A DNA stretch of 62,963 nucleotides, the filler included, from Octopus bimaculoides (Eukaryota), in the NCBI RefSeq assembly GCF_001194135.2. It is 7 parts of 7 records of this genome, joined end to end, with 100 filler letters (N's around TTAATTAATTAA, not from the genome) between each part and the next. Parts side by side here need not be neighbours in the genome. Positions count along the whole stretch, not along the records: positions 10,529 to 39,006 come from NC_068988.1; 6 more parts are not named here. The stretch is one strand, 5' to 3'. The number at the start of each line of letters is the position of its first letter. The stretch's first letter is position 1. Below the pieces are notes generated by a model, which did not search any database, had not been told where the DNA came from, and worked only from the letters and a program-made list of their open reading frames with translations. The translations under genes were made by a program, and so were the position numbers. Below, piece after piece: positions 12,990-24,805 of this stretch.

Positions 12990-13842
12990 CAAGATTTGAT
13001 CAATATGTATCCAGAATGTTGCCATAGTAACGAAGCTAAAGCACGGAGAGTGTCGCCGCTTGGTAAAAATTGGCCTTGAACTCTGCTGTGTATGCGACAA
13101 AGTTTTAACGTCGTAGCTCACATCCACCATTTACAACAGTGCTTGGAAAGAACGTGTGTAGCGTGTGATCATCGCATTGACCATGACAGAGAAAGTCGTC
13201 ATGGTGATACCTGCTCAGAGGCCTACACAAAGTTACAGAAAGAGTATGGAGAGATGTGTATGAGCCGCACACAAGTGTACGAGTGGTTCAGACGTTTCCA
13301 AGTTGGCCGAAAAAAATGTCGATATTGTCTAGCATTCTGGGAGATCCGCAACCAGCAGAACTGGGAAAATCATCGCAGATGTGGGTGCAGCTGTAAGGCG
13401 AAATCGTCGAATCACCGTCCGTGATTTATCAGAAGATGTCGAGATTAGTTATGGTTCAGTCCATTACCATGGAAGATTTGTGTATGTGTCCCGTGTCTAA
13501 CAAGTTTGCGCCAAAACTGCTTTCAGCTGACCAAGACGATCTCCTTGATTGTGTGGACAATGATGAAAACGTTTTGAAAACTTTGTGTGGGCCTCTGTGC
13601 AGGTATGGCCATGGTTTTGGCAAAATTTGATGCTTAACCTTCTGTCACGGTCAATGCGATGATCACAGACTACACACCTACCTCCCAAGCACTGCTGTAA
13701 ATAGCGGAAGTGAGCTAGAACGTTAAAATTTAGTGCGCATGCACAGCATAGTTGAAGGTCAACTTGCGTCAAGCGGATTTACTCTGTTTGCTTTAGCTTC
13801 GTTACTATAGCAACAGTCCAGATATATATTGATGAGACCACG
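12990..13842 (+). mobile_element. Mariner-derived element with ~250-bp inverted arms (5' end duplicated in place of the 3' half)
   Basis: TA at 12988-12989 and 13843-13844; arms 12990-13234 and 13579-13842; ATG at 13183; HGDTCSEAYTKLQKEYGEMCMSRTQVYEWFRRFQ (mariner HTH), then RRNRRITVRDLSEDVEISYGSV and EDLCMCPVSNKFAPKLLS (WVPR-like linker); no DD34D region. Confidence 0.9.
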
Positions 13843-13963
13843 TAAATATCCACATACAAATATATCAAGAGAGTAGATGTTTGTATGTCTGTGTACATAA
13901 ATAAATACACACACACTCATACACACACACACACACATACACACACATGTATGAATATATGTG

Positions 13964-14000
<37 letters not shown>

Positions 14001-14486
14001 NNNNNNNNNNNNNNNNNNNNNNNNNNNNNNNNNNNNNNNNNNNNNNNNNNNNNNNNNNNNNNNNNNNNNNNNNNNNNNNNNNNNNNNNNNNNNNNNNNNN
14101 NNNNNNNNNNNNNNNNNNNNNNNNNNNNNNNNNNNNNNNNNNNNNNNNNNNNNNNNNNNNNNNNNNNNNNNNNNNNNNNNNNNNNNNNNNNNNNNNNNNN
14201 NNNNNNNNNNNNNNNNNNNNNNNNNNNNNNNNNNNNNNNNNNNNNNNNNNNNNNNNNNNNNNNNNNNNNNNNNNNNNNNNNNNNNNNNNNNNNNNNNNNN
14301 NNNNNNNNNNNNNNNNNNNNNNNNNNNNNNNNNNNNNNNNNNNNNNNNNNNNNNNNNNNNNNNNNNNNNNNNNNNNNNNNNNNNNNNNNNNNNNNNNNNN
14401 NNNNNNNNNNNNNNNNNNNNNNNNNTATATATATACATATATACATATATACAACCACATACATATACAATGTATGTATGTATGCA

Positions 14487-14971
14487 TGGTGTCTGGATAG
14501 AGTAACTACAGATTTCTCAATAGTCAATAGTTCAGTGTAGTTATTCTCTTTTTCGCTGATCTTTAACTTTATGTTAACATCTGCTGGGCAGCTAATTTCT
14601 ACAACCGCGCACACATTCTCTTCTCAATCCCTAATCATTATATCAGGTATGTTGTGCCTACATTTATTGAGCTCTTCACTGGTACATTTCACCAGTATTC
14701 CCTTTCATTATGGGCGGCTGTGGCTTCTACCATATTGTGGGTTCTTATTTTGTTGCCCTCGAGATTATCCTTGCGCTGGATTTCCTTAGAGAGCGTCCGA
14801 GCTACAACGTCATGTCTCATTGGCAGATAAATCGGGATGACATTTTCGGACAACTGCTTATGATGTGGGTGATATCTTCAGTGTGAACTCCACAAAGTCT
14901 GCATCATTTGTCTCTTTTGTGCATCAGGTACTTGGTTGGTATTTCCTGTTTCTGGATTGCAAACGCATACC
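14487..14971 (-). mobile_element. R4/Dong-like RLE LINE fragment, third subfamily
   Basis: Minus strand YAFAIQKQEIPTKYL..CRLCGVHTEDITHIISSCPKMSSR..RHDVVA..HNIPDIMIRD*EENVCAVVEISCPADVNIKLKISEKENNYTELL: CCHC finger plus RLE, with stops and frameshifts. Confidence 0.88.
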
Positions 14972-14996
14972 TTATGTATGTATGTATGTATGCATG

Positions 14997-15067
<71 letters not shown>

Positions 15068-16244
15068 GTGTGTACGTATGTATGTATTCACGTGTTATTC
15101 TCTCTATACGCCTTGTAGAGAATCTCAAAGAAAAGTGTGGGTACGTGTGCTCGTACTTTAGTGTGTCTGTTGTATGTNNNNNNNNNNNNNNNNNNNNNNN
15201 NNNNNNNNNNNNNNNNNNNNNNNNNNNNNNNNNNNNNNNNNNNNNNNNNNNNNNNNNNNNNNNNNNNNNNNNNNNNNNNNNNNNNNNNNNNNNNNNNNNN
15301 NNNNNNNNNNNNNNNNNNNNNNNNNNNNNNNNNNNNNNNNNNNNNNNNTATATATATATATATATATACACACATACATATCACACACGCACACAGTTAT
15401 ATCTATCTCTCTTTCTCTATATATATATACATACACGTACTCACAAACACACACAGACATGTGTGTATGTATATATATATATATATACCCGCAAATTTAG
15501 ATTTCAATGTCTATGTTCTGATTGTTCTTCCTGGAGCTCTTTGTACCCTACTTTCAGGCCTGTATCAACATTATTGACATAATGTTTATTTTGAGCGCAT
15601 TAATGGTGAAAGACGTTTACAAAAATAATTGATATTTCGCAAAAAAGAAAAAAAGAACACGCATATTGATATTGTTAGTAAAGAATTCATGAAATTTCTT
15701 GTCATTGTGGAAGTGTGTGTATTGATTAAGAAAATTAATTCTTTAGTCATGTAGATTATAACGTGTCTCTTCCACAATTTGTATTTCTCTAGCGGGTATG
15801 GTGTTTTGTTCTAGAAGTGAGCTGTATGCTGCTATCATATCAAAGAGCTCCTTGGTGAGTAGCTAGCTGTACTTGGCTCTGTCTCTATAGCCAGAGGCTA
15901 TAGTAGAAGATACTGGCCTTATGTGCCACGGTGTGGGACTGAACCCGGAACCATGTGGTTGGGAAGTTTATTTATTTAGTGAGGTGCAATGCCCATAACC
16001 TTCTGAGATTACCGGATCTCAAAGGATGGCGGAAAGAAGGGAGAGAGTTCTGACAATGAAGCTCTGAACCGAATAATTCAAAGAGAATAAATTTCGCTAA
16101 ATACACCTAAGAACCAAATGGTGGTTTTTAGGTGAATGATGAAATCTGCCGCATACAACCACAGGTCATATAGAAGCTGAACAAATATCACAAGAAATCG
16201 CATCCGACGCTTTAAATTCGCCAAAATCGCAGACTTTAAAGTCA

Positions 16245-16378
16245 TACCAGTTTATCCTCTCCGATAGGACGAAAGACGAAGATGAGAGATTTGGGTAAGA
16301 TTTGACCTTAGAAGGCAGAAAGCCGGTGGCAAAGAATTTTGACTTCTGCTTTAGCGACTCTGTTAATTCACCGTCTTC
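16245..16378 (-). mobile_element. Highly degenerate SINE family B copy
   Basis: Aligns by eye to the reverse family B consensus (TTTATC..CCGA.AGGA.GAAAG..AAG..GA...GATTTGA.CT.AGAA). Confidence 0.6.
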
Positions 16379-17654
16379 ATTTTTACCCTATTTTATTTCT
16401 ATTCAATATTCATTTAAACTACTGCCTTCTATAACCTTTATTATAGACACAGGCAGTTTTCTATGCCACTGTGCAGCCGTGTAGTAACTCGTAACATTAT
16501 TGTATGTTGGCTTTTACATAATATTTTGAACGATACGTCTCTCTCTCTCTCTCTAACTGATTTAAAAAGCATTTTAATCTCTATTAAAAGCAAGGTTTGG
16601 CCATATCTTTACTTCCATCTTATCTTTTCTTCTCTTTTTGTCATATATGTTCGCTTTTGAAGCACTAAATTTTCTATCCGCCTTTTATTCGTTCGTTTTC
16701 TTTTTTTTTTTGTGTCTTCAGTTCAAAAATGATTTCAGCAAATCCACATTGGGACCATTTTTTAAAAAATATCAGACAGTATTTTGAAAAGAAAAAAAAA
16801 GGGGGAAGAAACCAAAACAAAATAAAACAAAAAAAAAAACTCTTAATCGATATGTTGGAGTAACTTGGCAAATTTATAATGTTTGTTGAGCTGAATTCAT
16901 GCAGATTTGAATACAACAGAAATCATGAATGGAAACTTAAGAAAGAAAAATCAGACTTTTGCAATAAACCATTGTCTAACAAAACATAGATTTAAAGAAA
17001 TAATGTCTCATTTACTGCCCTCTGGTATTAAAAGCGATAAATTGAATTATATTCTCGATAACGACAACTATATAGTTTTAGCTATTTTGCATTTTCTGTG
17101 TTTTCTCTGTTAATGTGATTCTGGTTTCTAGCGGGCAATCACAGCATGGGAAATATTTATAACAAATACTTCATCATAAGAGTTTGGTTTTAATGATTTG
17201 TTTTCTAAAAATAAAACAACAAACGAATACCTGAATACACATATATAGTATTGTAAAGAATAATTTTTATTAGCAATGGTCTGATTTTGATATTTTGGGC
17301 TATGGAGTAGAACAATGAAGACATACGTAACAAACTACAGGTAGAAAATAAACTATAATACTTTTGATTTAAATAAATTTACTGAACATAATACGAATTA
17401 TAATCTTTTAGAAAATACTAGATCATTTCAGGTTTTTCAATTTATCATTTCTTGTGATTCTGGAAATTCTTTTAGTGAATAAAAAAATAAACCCACAAGG
17501 TTGTGAGACAGAATCGTAAGTTGATACACATTCAATGCAGATGTCGTTCACAAGAAAGACATCATTTTAATTAGATCGAATTCCGTTTTGTTTTAATGCA
17601 ACATTTTTAAATAGCTTGTCGCAAATTATTCAAACACTCATCTAATAACATCGT

Positions 17655-18256
17655 GGCTCTTTTTTAAAACGGGGGCCACATTTTTCATTAACGAAACACT
17701 TTGAAACTTGGAACACTGGTAGAATGTGTCATATAAAACATCTTTTTCTCTTAGTCTTCTTAAAAAAAAAAGAAATCCATAAATTATTCCATGTTAAAGT
17801 TGTCGTATTTCTGTAATTTCAACCAATCACTGACGTCCATTCAGCCGATATACATTAAGTGCCGACTACATAAACAAACGATTCTGAAACAATTAACCCT
17901 AACCCTAACCCTAACTCTAACCCCAACCCTAACCCTAGGGTTAGGGTTAGGGTTAGGGTTAGGGTTANNNNNNNNNNNNNNNNNNNNNNNNNNNNNNNNN
18001 NNNNNNNNNNNNNNNNNNNNNNNNNNNNNNNNNNNNNNNCCAAAGGAGTAAAGGTAAACAACTCAATACTTGTCAGTGATTGGTTGAAATCATCGAAATA
18101 AGACAATTTTTTACATGAAATAAATTCGAATACAAAAATATTTTTCTGTTCTATAACACAAAATAGATAAGTATACGAAGTTTGAAAGTCTTTCGGTTCC
18201 AAAAACACTACGTAAAACATTAATGAAAAATGTGGCCCCCGTTTTAAAAAAGATCC
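17655..18256. mobile_element. Non-autonomous foldback/MITE DNA transposon with 8-bp TSD and central telomeric-repeat palindrome (Merlin- or MULE-like ends)
   Basis: 37-bp TIR GG(C/A)TCTTTTTTAAAACGGGGGCCACATTTTTCATTAA with 1 mismatch (17655-17691 / 18220-18256); direct repeat AACATCGT at 17647-17654 and 18257-18264; second perfect 19-bp inverted block at 17816-17834 / 18072-18090. Confidence 0.88.
17894..17967. repeat. Interstitial telomeric repeats, (TAACCC)x7 then (TTAGGG)x4+, palindromic about CCCTAGGG
   Basis: Direct reading; centre at 17933-17940; runs into an N gap at 17968. Confidence 0.95.
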
Positions 18257-18855
18257 AACATCGTGACTAAACATGATTAAAAAATGTTTCACATCTTACA
18301 ACAAAAAGGGAAGTTTCCTAAACAAACTTTTATGGAAGTTTAGTAGCCTACTAACTCAATAAAATTAGCATTATATTCAGCAAATGTAATTACTAGTGGG
18401 TCTTAAAAGAGTTTTACTAATTCTGTAATTAAAGTAAACTTGCATCGAAGTTATGTGATTACAATTATCAAAGAAATAAAACAATGTCTAGTTCATGTTC
18501 CATAACTCTACTTTCTATCATTTTCTGTCATAAACTAAAGCCGTAGAAAATGAAACACATTTAAGTAAGAAATTATTTCTCCAAGACATTTAATATAGAA
18601 AAAGAATGATGTAAAGAAGAATAAATCAAATACAGCGTCTAAAAAAGATAAAAATGATATATTGTGTGTAAAGTATGAAAGAAATAAAGTATAATACGTT
18701 TTCACTTCACATAATGAAAAGCTAATCATTCGAAAGTTTCTTCAGGAAATTCATTAATTGCTCTTGATTTATATTCTAGTTCCGTTCTTCTCATGAGTCG
18801 TATATTTCATGTTTCAATTTCAAGAACTTTTTTTTCACTTCAGTTTATCACAATT

Positions 18856-18975
18856 GTTTACGACAATATCACGTTGAAAATAGAGCTTCTGTTCAGTTCG
18901 CCGAAGTTAAGCAACGTTGAGTTTAGTTATTACTAGCATGAGTGAGAACATCGGAAATCTTGGTGCTGTAAGCAT
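18856..18975 (+). pseudogene. Full-length (120 bp) degenerate 5S rRNA pseudogene
   Basis: GTTTACGACAATATCACGTTGAAAA...CCGAAGTTAAGCAACG...GGTGCTGTAAGC is colinear with metazoan 5S; many substitutions in box C and the 3' half; TTTT at 18980-18983. Confidence 0.88.
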
Positions 18976-19169
18976 AATCTTTTGTTATGTCCAGGGTATG
19001 ACTTTAAAAATGCATCCGGTTCGGAAGTTCTAGAGTTTTACTTATTTATGTGGTCTTAATTTCACTAACTCGACTTTAATTTTTATTTCCTATTTATTTA
19101 TCCATTGAGTAACCCCGCCTCTTTCATTGTACATTCCCCTTTCATACTTGCTCTCTTTTCATAACCCAC

Positions 19170-19590
19170 CGACTGTAGAAAAACCTCTTAGCCATCATCG
19201 TTCCCAGGTCTACTCTGACTCGGAGCAGTAGCACGTGACAAGGTCCCAACTATGGGTTAAACTGTATGTCACCACCAGAACCAGGGTACGTTGAAGTCAT
19301 GGGACGCAGCATGGTTGATGTGAACTATTTCGGTACATTAATTTATTGTGTCAATGGCGATTATCACTACATGCTTAACATATGAGTAGACGGCTAGGAT
19401 CGGGATCAACCAGTTCGGTTAGCGATTAATTGTTACCATCTTTAGTCTTGGAGTGGGCAGATGAAATGTTTCAACTAGCGAAAAACCAATATGGTTAAAA
19501 CTTCCGCCCGCTCAACCGGGATGTCTGGTGTGAAACGGATACCCTGGTCTGGGCAAGTGGCTCGACTAGAATGGATGGATGGTGTATGAC
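19170..19590. repeat. GC-richer interspersed repeat fragment, possibly a LINE 5' UTR
   Basis: Composition shift and repeat-like sequence with no ORF; family not identified. Confidence 0.3.
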
Positions 19591-19835
19591 AAAATATCGG
19601 TTGTATTTAGTTTATCTTTTCGGTCGATATACGTTAACATAGTAACAGAATTAGTATGTCATATAGGTATCTTCTCAGAATTGGTCGTATATAGTCGTCG
19701 AAATTGTAACCCTGAGCATAGTTTAGAAATCATGATAACTGCATGAACTAACAATGAGACTATATCATGCATCATCTGTCAACACCCTACTGCAACTAAA
19801 CAACATGTTAAGCACAGCGGTTTCACAATCCTTTC

Positions 19836-20083
19836 TGCTACAAGCACAAGACATCAATGTTTGGGGGAGGGGCTAGTCGATTTTGTCGACCCTAGTGATT
19901 CATTTGTGGTTATTTTACCAGCCCCCGAAGGATGAAAGGCAAAGGCGACAGCGGAAGAATTTTAACTTTGAACGTAAAGAGACGAAAAGGAGATGTAAGC
20001 TACTTTGGCTATCCTTGTGCCTAATTAGAAACCATTATTTTATTTCGCTGTCCTTGTGCCTAATTAGAAACCATTATTTTATT
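19836..20083. mobile_element. Minus-strand SINE B fragment followed by a duplicated plus-strand SINE B 3' tail
   Basis: GAAGGATGAAAGGCAAAGG reverse B body; 33-bp direct repeat TCCTTGTGCCTAATTAGAAACCATTATTTTATT at 20012-20044 and 20051-20083. Confidence 0.75.
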
Positions 20084-20235
20084 AAATACTCGCCGAGCAC
20101 AACGTTACCTTTCATTATTTCGGAACCGATAAACAAATACCAGTTGTGTACTAAGGTTGATGTAATTAATTAGCTCTCTCCCCTCATCCCGATATTGTTG
20201 ATCTAGTCCGAAGTTACAACGACTTCTCTCATTTA

Positions 20236-20476
20236 ATATGTAACACTTGAAAAAAGGCGGCGAGGCGGCAGTGTCGTTACTGCACCGGACAATATGCGTA
20301 GCGGTATTTATTCCGACTTAACTGTTCTAATCTCAAATGATGCCGGGTCGATTGTGCTTTTTATCCTATCTTATCGTAATCGTTGAAATAGCTACCAGCC
20401 AAGCACTGGGGGTCGATATAATTGACATACCCCTAATCCGGAAATTGCTGGCTTTGTGCCAAAATCTGAAACTAAT
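20236..20476 (+). mobile_element. SINE family B, diverged
   Basis: GGCGGCGAGGCGGCAGTGTCGTTAC head, ACTGGGGGTCGATATAATTGAC, TTTGTGCCAAAATCTGAAAC tail. Confidence 0.8.
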
Positions 20477-23436
20477 ATGTAACTGAAGAATCAAAGCATT
20501 TCTATTCAGGGGTATTCTGCATGAAGTACATGCAAGACTGATTAGACTATATATATAGCAATGAATGAATGTACATGCCAGGCGATGCACCAGCTAGTCT
20601 GATTCTAGTTGTTCGAATATAGCCACGTCAGAATAGCTATTATTTCATTTATAGCAACGAATAAAAGTGAATGAACAACAGCAATATTAATATTTCATAA
20701 GCTTTCCGTTATTTACTTCCAGCTGATATTACATTTTGTTATGATTTCTCCATGACAGATAAACTAATACAGAATTTAGTGCGCTGCGTGACTTTCTTAG
20801 CTTGCTTTCAAATCAGAACAATTCTGAATCACGAAATTCATTAACCGCCTCCTCTGAAAAACTGGAAAAAATATATAGAAAGACACAAACAGATAGATAG
20901 ATAGATTGAGTGCATGAGTGTGTGAACGAGTGAAAGAATTTGTATTTGATAACGACTAGATACGTTTTAGAAATATTCTAAAATTAATATTTCAAGAATT
21001 GGTAGAAATAATTTTGGTGGGAGTGTATTCTGCGTCAAATCGGCTCCAGTAGAAAATGTGTAATGATTTAAAAAACCCGAGTGAGATGAAAGGAAAAGTC
21101 AATTTTGCCTGTATTTGATTTCGAAACGAATGAGACGTGGAGTCTAAGATTTTTAATCCAAGGCTCTGTCGGTTTTGCCAGTTACTTTCTTTGGTGCATC
21201 TACACGAGCCATCGAGAGAATTGTTTCAAAATATTAACGGAGCTGTATGAAATCACTCAACATGCTAAAAATGATAGTTAAATTTTACTCAAACTATACA
21301 CTACAAGTTTGAGACGAGAGGGGCATATGAGCATAGTATTTTTAGAAAACACTGGAAAGAGGTGTTGGTCTACGCGATTAGAACTGACTTGTAGATAAAC
21401 AGCAACGATGACAAGTACGATGAAATTAGAATATAACGATCTGATACAGAAGCCTACACTTTTCTATTGAACCTGGTAAAATTGCACCCAAAATAAAATT
21501 TCCTCACATCAAACCTTACTACCTTAAATAATGGAAACATTAAATTATATAATCGACTCTAGTGCTTGGACTGGAAAGTTCCTTTATCGACTTCGAAAGG
21601 ATGCAAAGCAAAGGTAACCTCGGTGGAATTTTAACTCGAGCCGTAAAGACGGACGAAATACCGTGAACGATCGTGCCACTTTGCAGCCTTTTTCGAAACG
21701 TACTAATGTAAGCATTTGCATGTTGAAAGACAAGGTGTGCATTTAGTTAGAATTACAGATTCTTTAATTCAATATCTATTTTATGCATGCAAATTTTCAC
21801 GGTGGTATGTATGTGAAAACTTCGACTAAAAGGCATGAATGACGATATTAAATATCCGTTTAATAACTGATTCATGACATGTTCGTTACTTGAACCCGTG
21901 AATCTGGTGGTTAAAAGATATTCTGTAATATTTACCTATAACAGTTATATACACTTATCTTGTAAATTTTTAGCTTACGGTGAATAAATTTAGCATTTCA
22001 GAGCAAGTACAGTTGTATTATGCAAATATAACAGACAATAACTAGCTTAGTTGTGTCATTCACGTCAATCACATTACGTACGACTTTGATCCTACAATTG
22101 AGCTACTGAAACACTCCATGTGTGCATTTGTACATGCGTGCATGTGTGTGTGTATGAGAGAGAGAGAGAGTGCATGTACATGTGTGTGTAAGACTGTCGC
22201 TGGAAACAGAGTATTGTAATACCGCGTGGCGTCATATTACATTTGAAAGTAACTTAATCATTTGATAGATAAAGTCGATAAAATGTTTTATGGTTCAAAT
22301 AAGCAACTAAAAACTAAGGGAGACGGCATCACAGTATGTCTGCAGTTCAATGAATATAAGGGACAACTCGATCCGCCTAAATGGAAGTTATGTAGTCAAA
22401 GAGATACTTGAACATGTAAGAATACTTGCAAAATATAATCTTTATATATGATATATAAAATAATCGCTATAACACATGTTTATTAAATCGACAAACTTGT
22501 TAACATTAATTTATGGAGATGATTAGATTATTCAATTATGATCTAGTATTATAAAGATGAAAAATTGTTTTGTTCTCTACTTGGATTTAAAAATAAATAT
22601 TTCGCATAGTTAAAATATGGAGAATGTTAAAATTGAACAAAAATCTCATTATATATGTTTTTCTCTTACATGCATAATGGGAATTATTTAAATGAATGTA
22701 CTCTTAATAAATTATTATGCAATGTTTGAGGCTTAAATTACACTATCTTTTAAATTTATGTCTTACCGGATTTAGTATATTATTTAAATAACTAAATTCG
22801 CTTGATTATCTATGCATTTTTTAAAAATATTATTTAATTAAGAAATACGCTACCAATCATTACGGAATTAATGGTAAAATTGTGGCAAAACATTAGATTG
22901 TCGGATTAAACGCCTAACTCATTTTAAATTTCTTCTTTTATTTTGTAAGTTCAAATACTTTCAGGAACGAGAGCGGGTTCCATCTCTTTCGGTTGATGGA
23001 ATAATTACGAGAAGTGTGATAGCGTTAATTCAATCATGAGCAACCCTTTCTCAGAAATTTGTTACCTTACGCTAAATTTGGAAATCTTGAAATTGAATTT
23101 TTAAATTCCCATTCTGTAATAGTTTTTCAGGTTTTGTATAGGTTGCAACTTAATCAAATTTAATTATTACATATTTAAACTGTATTACTCGTTAATAATC
23201 TTGACGCTTCAAATATTACATTCTCGCTAAAACACATCAAAACTGAAAGCGCGGACGAGCTGGATTAATTGTTTATGTTTGGAATTTATTTTATGCAAGC
23301 AGTTGCTGCAAATCTACTAGCTCATAAGTACATGCCTGCACGTGCATGCATGTATGTATATGTGTGTGCGCACGCGCGTATGTGTTCATTTGTGCGTGTA
23401 AAAGAATACTTAATTTCCCCCACAAACTCCTTAATA

Positions 23437-23532
23437 TGGCTATAGTAGAAAACACTTGCTCAAGGTGCCACGCACTGAGACAGAACCCGGAACCATGTGA
23501 TTCGTAAGCAAGCCACTTACCACACAGCCATT
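23437..23532 (-). mobile_element. SINE family A, head fragment
   Basis: GCTATAGTAGAAAACACTTGCTCAAGGTGCCACGC...CTTACCACACAGCCA. Confidence 0.85.
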
Positions 23533-23639
23533 CTTACACCTATATTTATCCTGGCAAAATAGCTATCTTAATATTGTTGCTCTTGCTAAGGTTGTGGATG
23601 TAGTATAGTCGTTGTTAACTGCAGTCAAGAAGAGATGCT

Positions 23640-23950
23640 ATCAAATGTCTTGAAACCTTGTTCTGCTCGTCTTTTTCTAAATCTTGGGAAGTATTCTCCA
23701 ATATGTCTTTCTTTATATAAAGATACTAGTATGTGATCTGCAGAAGATTGCAATTTATAGCAGGTCAAGCAATCACGTGGATGCTTCTTCGTCGTCTCGT
23801 GTATCTCTTTAGCTTTATTACTGCTGGTAAATCTCAAAGTAGATATATTATTTTATTTCATAATGGCTATTTTGTTTTATTGGAGATATCTTTTAGAGCA
23901 ATTTCTTATACAGATTATATTTGTTCAATAACAGATATTATTTTATGACG
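23640..23950 (-). mobile_element. Possible Penelope-like GIY-YIG endonuclease remnant
   Basis: Minus strand CYKLQSSADH...HIGE(fs)TSQDLE(fs)RRAEQ resembles VY.I.C..C...YIGET.R.L..R..EH, but needs two frameshifts. Confidence 0.35.
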
Positions 23951-24520
23951 TTGAATTATATATTTTATTTTCTATAATGCTTTCATTGTTAGATCAGCCA
24001 TTGTGTAAAGAATTTGTAGTTTCCGAATGCCTATATCTGATTATTATATAGATTCTGCTTCTATCGATGTTTTTTACAAGTGTTTTAACATTATATATGG
24101 CGCTATAAACACTGAAAAATTTGAGATCTATGAAACATTAGATCTACACATCAAAGCCCGTTTTTCTTTTTAAAATAATAAGAAATCAAAGCACGAGTAT
24201 TCTCGTCGCGATTCAATCAGAACATTTTCTACGAATCTGACTAAAAGTATATAGAAAAGCTTGAAAATGTTTTATAGTCTCACTAACAATCCCAGATTCC
24301 CAAAACAATTTTTGCTTGGATGATTTCAATAATAATGAAAACCTCCCAATGCAGATACGAACTAAAACAACAACAACAACTACAACAACATTGAATTACT
24401 GGGGTCGATGTAATCGATTAACTCCCGTTTCCTAGCTTTGCAGGCCTTTTGCCAAGATTTGGAACAATTGTCCTCCTCCACCACCACCACCACCACCACC
24501 ACCACCGAAACATTTTTTGC

Positions 24521-24805
24521 GTTCGGAGGATCGCGGTTTCGATTTCCAGACCGGGCAATGTGTGTGTTTATTGAGCGAAAACACATAAACAGCTCCACGA
24601 GGCTTCGGCAGGGGATGGTGGTGAACCCTGCTGTACTCTTTCACCACAACTTTCTCTCACTCTTTCTTCCTGTTTCTTGAGTACCGCTGCGATGGACTGG
24701 CGTCCCGTCCAGCTCGGGAAGGGGGGGGGGTAAACATACGCCATAGAAACTGGGAAACCGGGCCCATGAGCCTGGCTAGGCTTGAAAAGGGCGCATAAAT
24801 AAAAA
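24521..24805 (+). mobile_element. tRNA-derived SINE, family C' (5' half shared with family C, different 3' half), head truncated
   Basis: GGATCGCGGTTTCGATTTCCAGACC...CTTCCTGTTTCT colinear with 35775-35926, then diverges into GCTGCGATGGACTGGCGTCCCGTCCAG. Confidence 0.8.

Noticed and set aside
15815-16294. Spliced Myb-like peptide RAPWTKDEDERF from the 40-nt exon plus a 27-nt exon at 16268-16294
   Set aside because: The second exon lies inside a degenerate SINE B copy, and no further Myb helix residues follow.
16893-17113. piggyBac-like peptide LTKHRFKEIMSHL
   Set aside because: One short motif with no flanking transposase similarity or TTAA-bounded TIRs.
17894-17967. Chromosome end-to-end fusion scar
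   Set aside because: A fusion gives (TTAGGG)n-(CCCTAA)n; here the order is reversed and the tract sits inside a TIR/TSD-bounded element.
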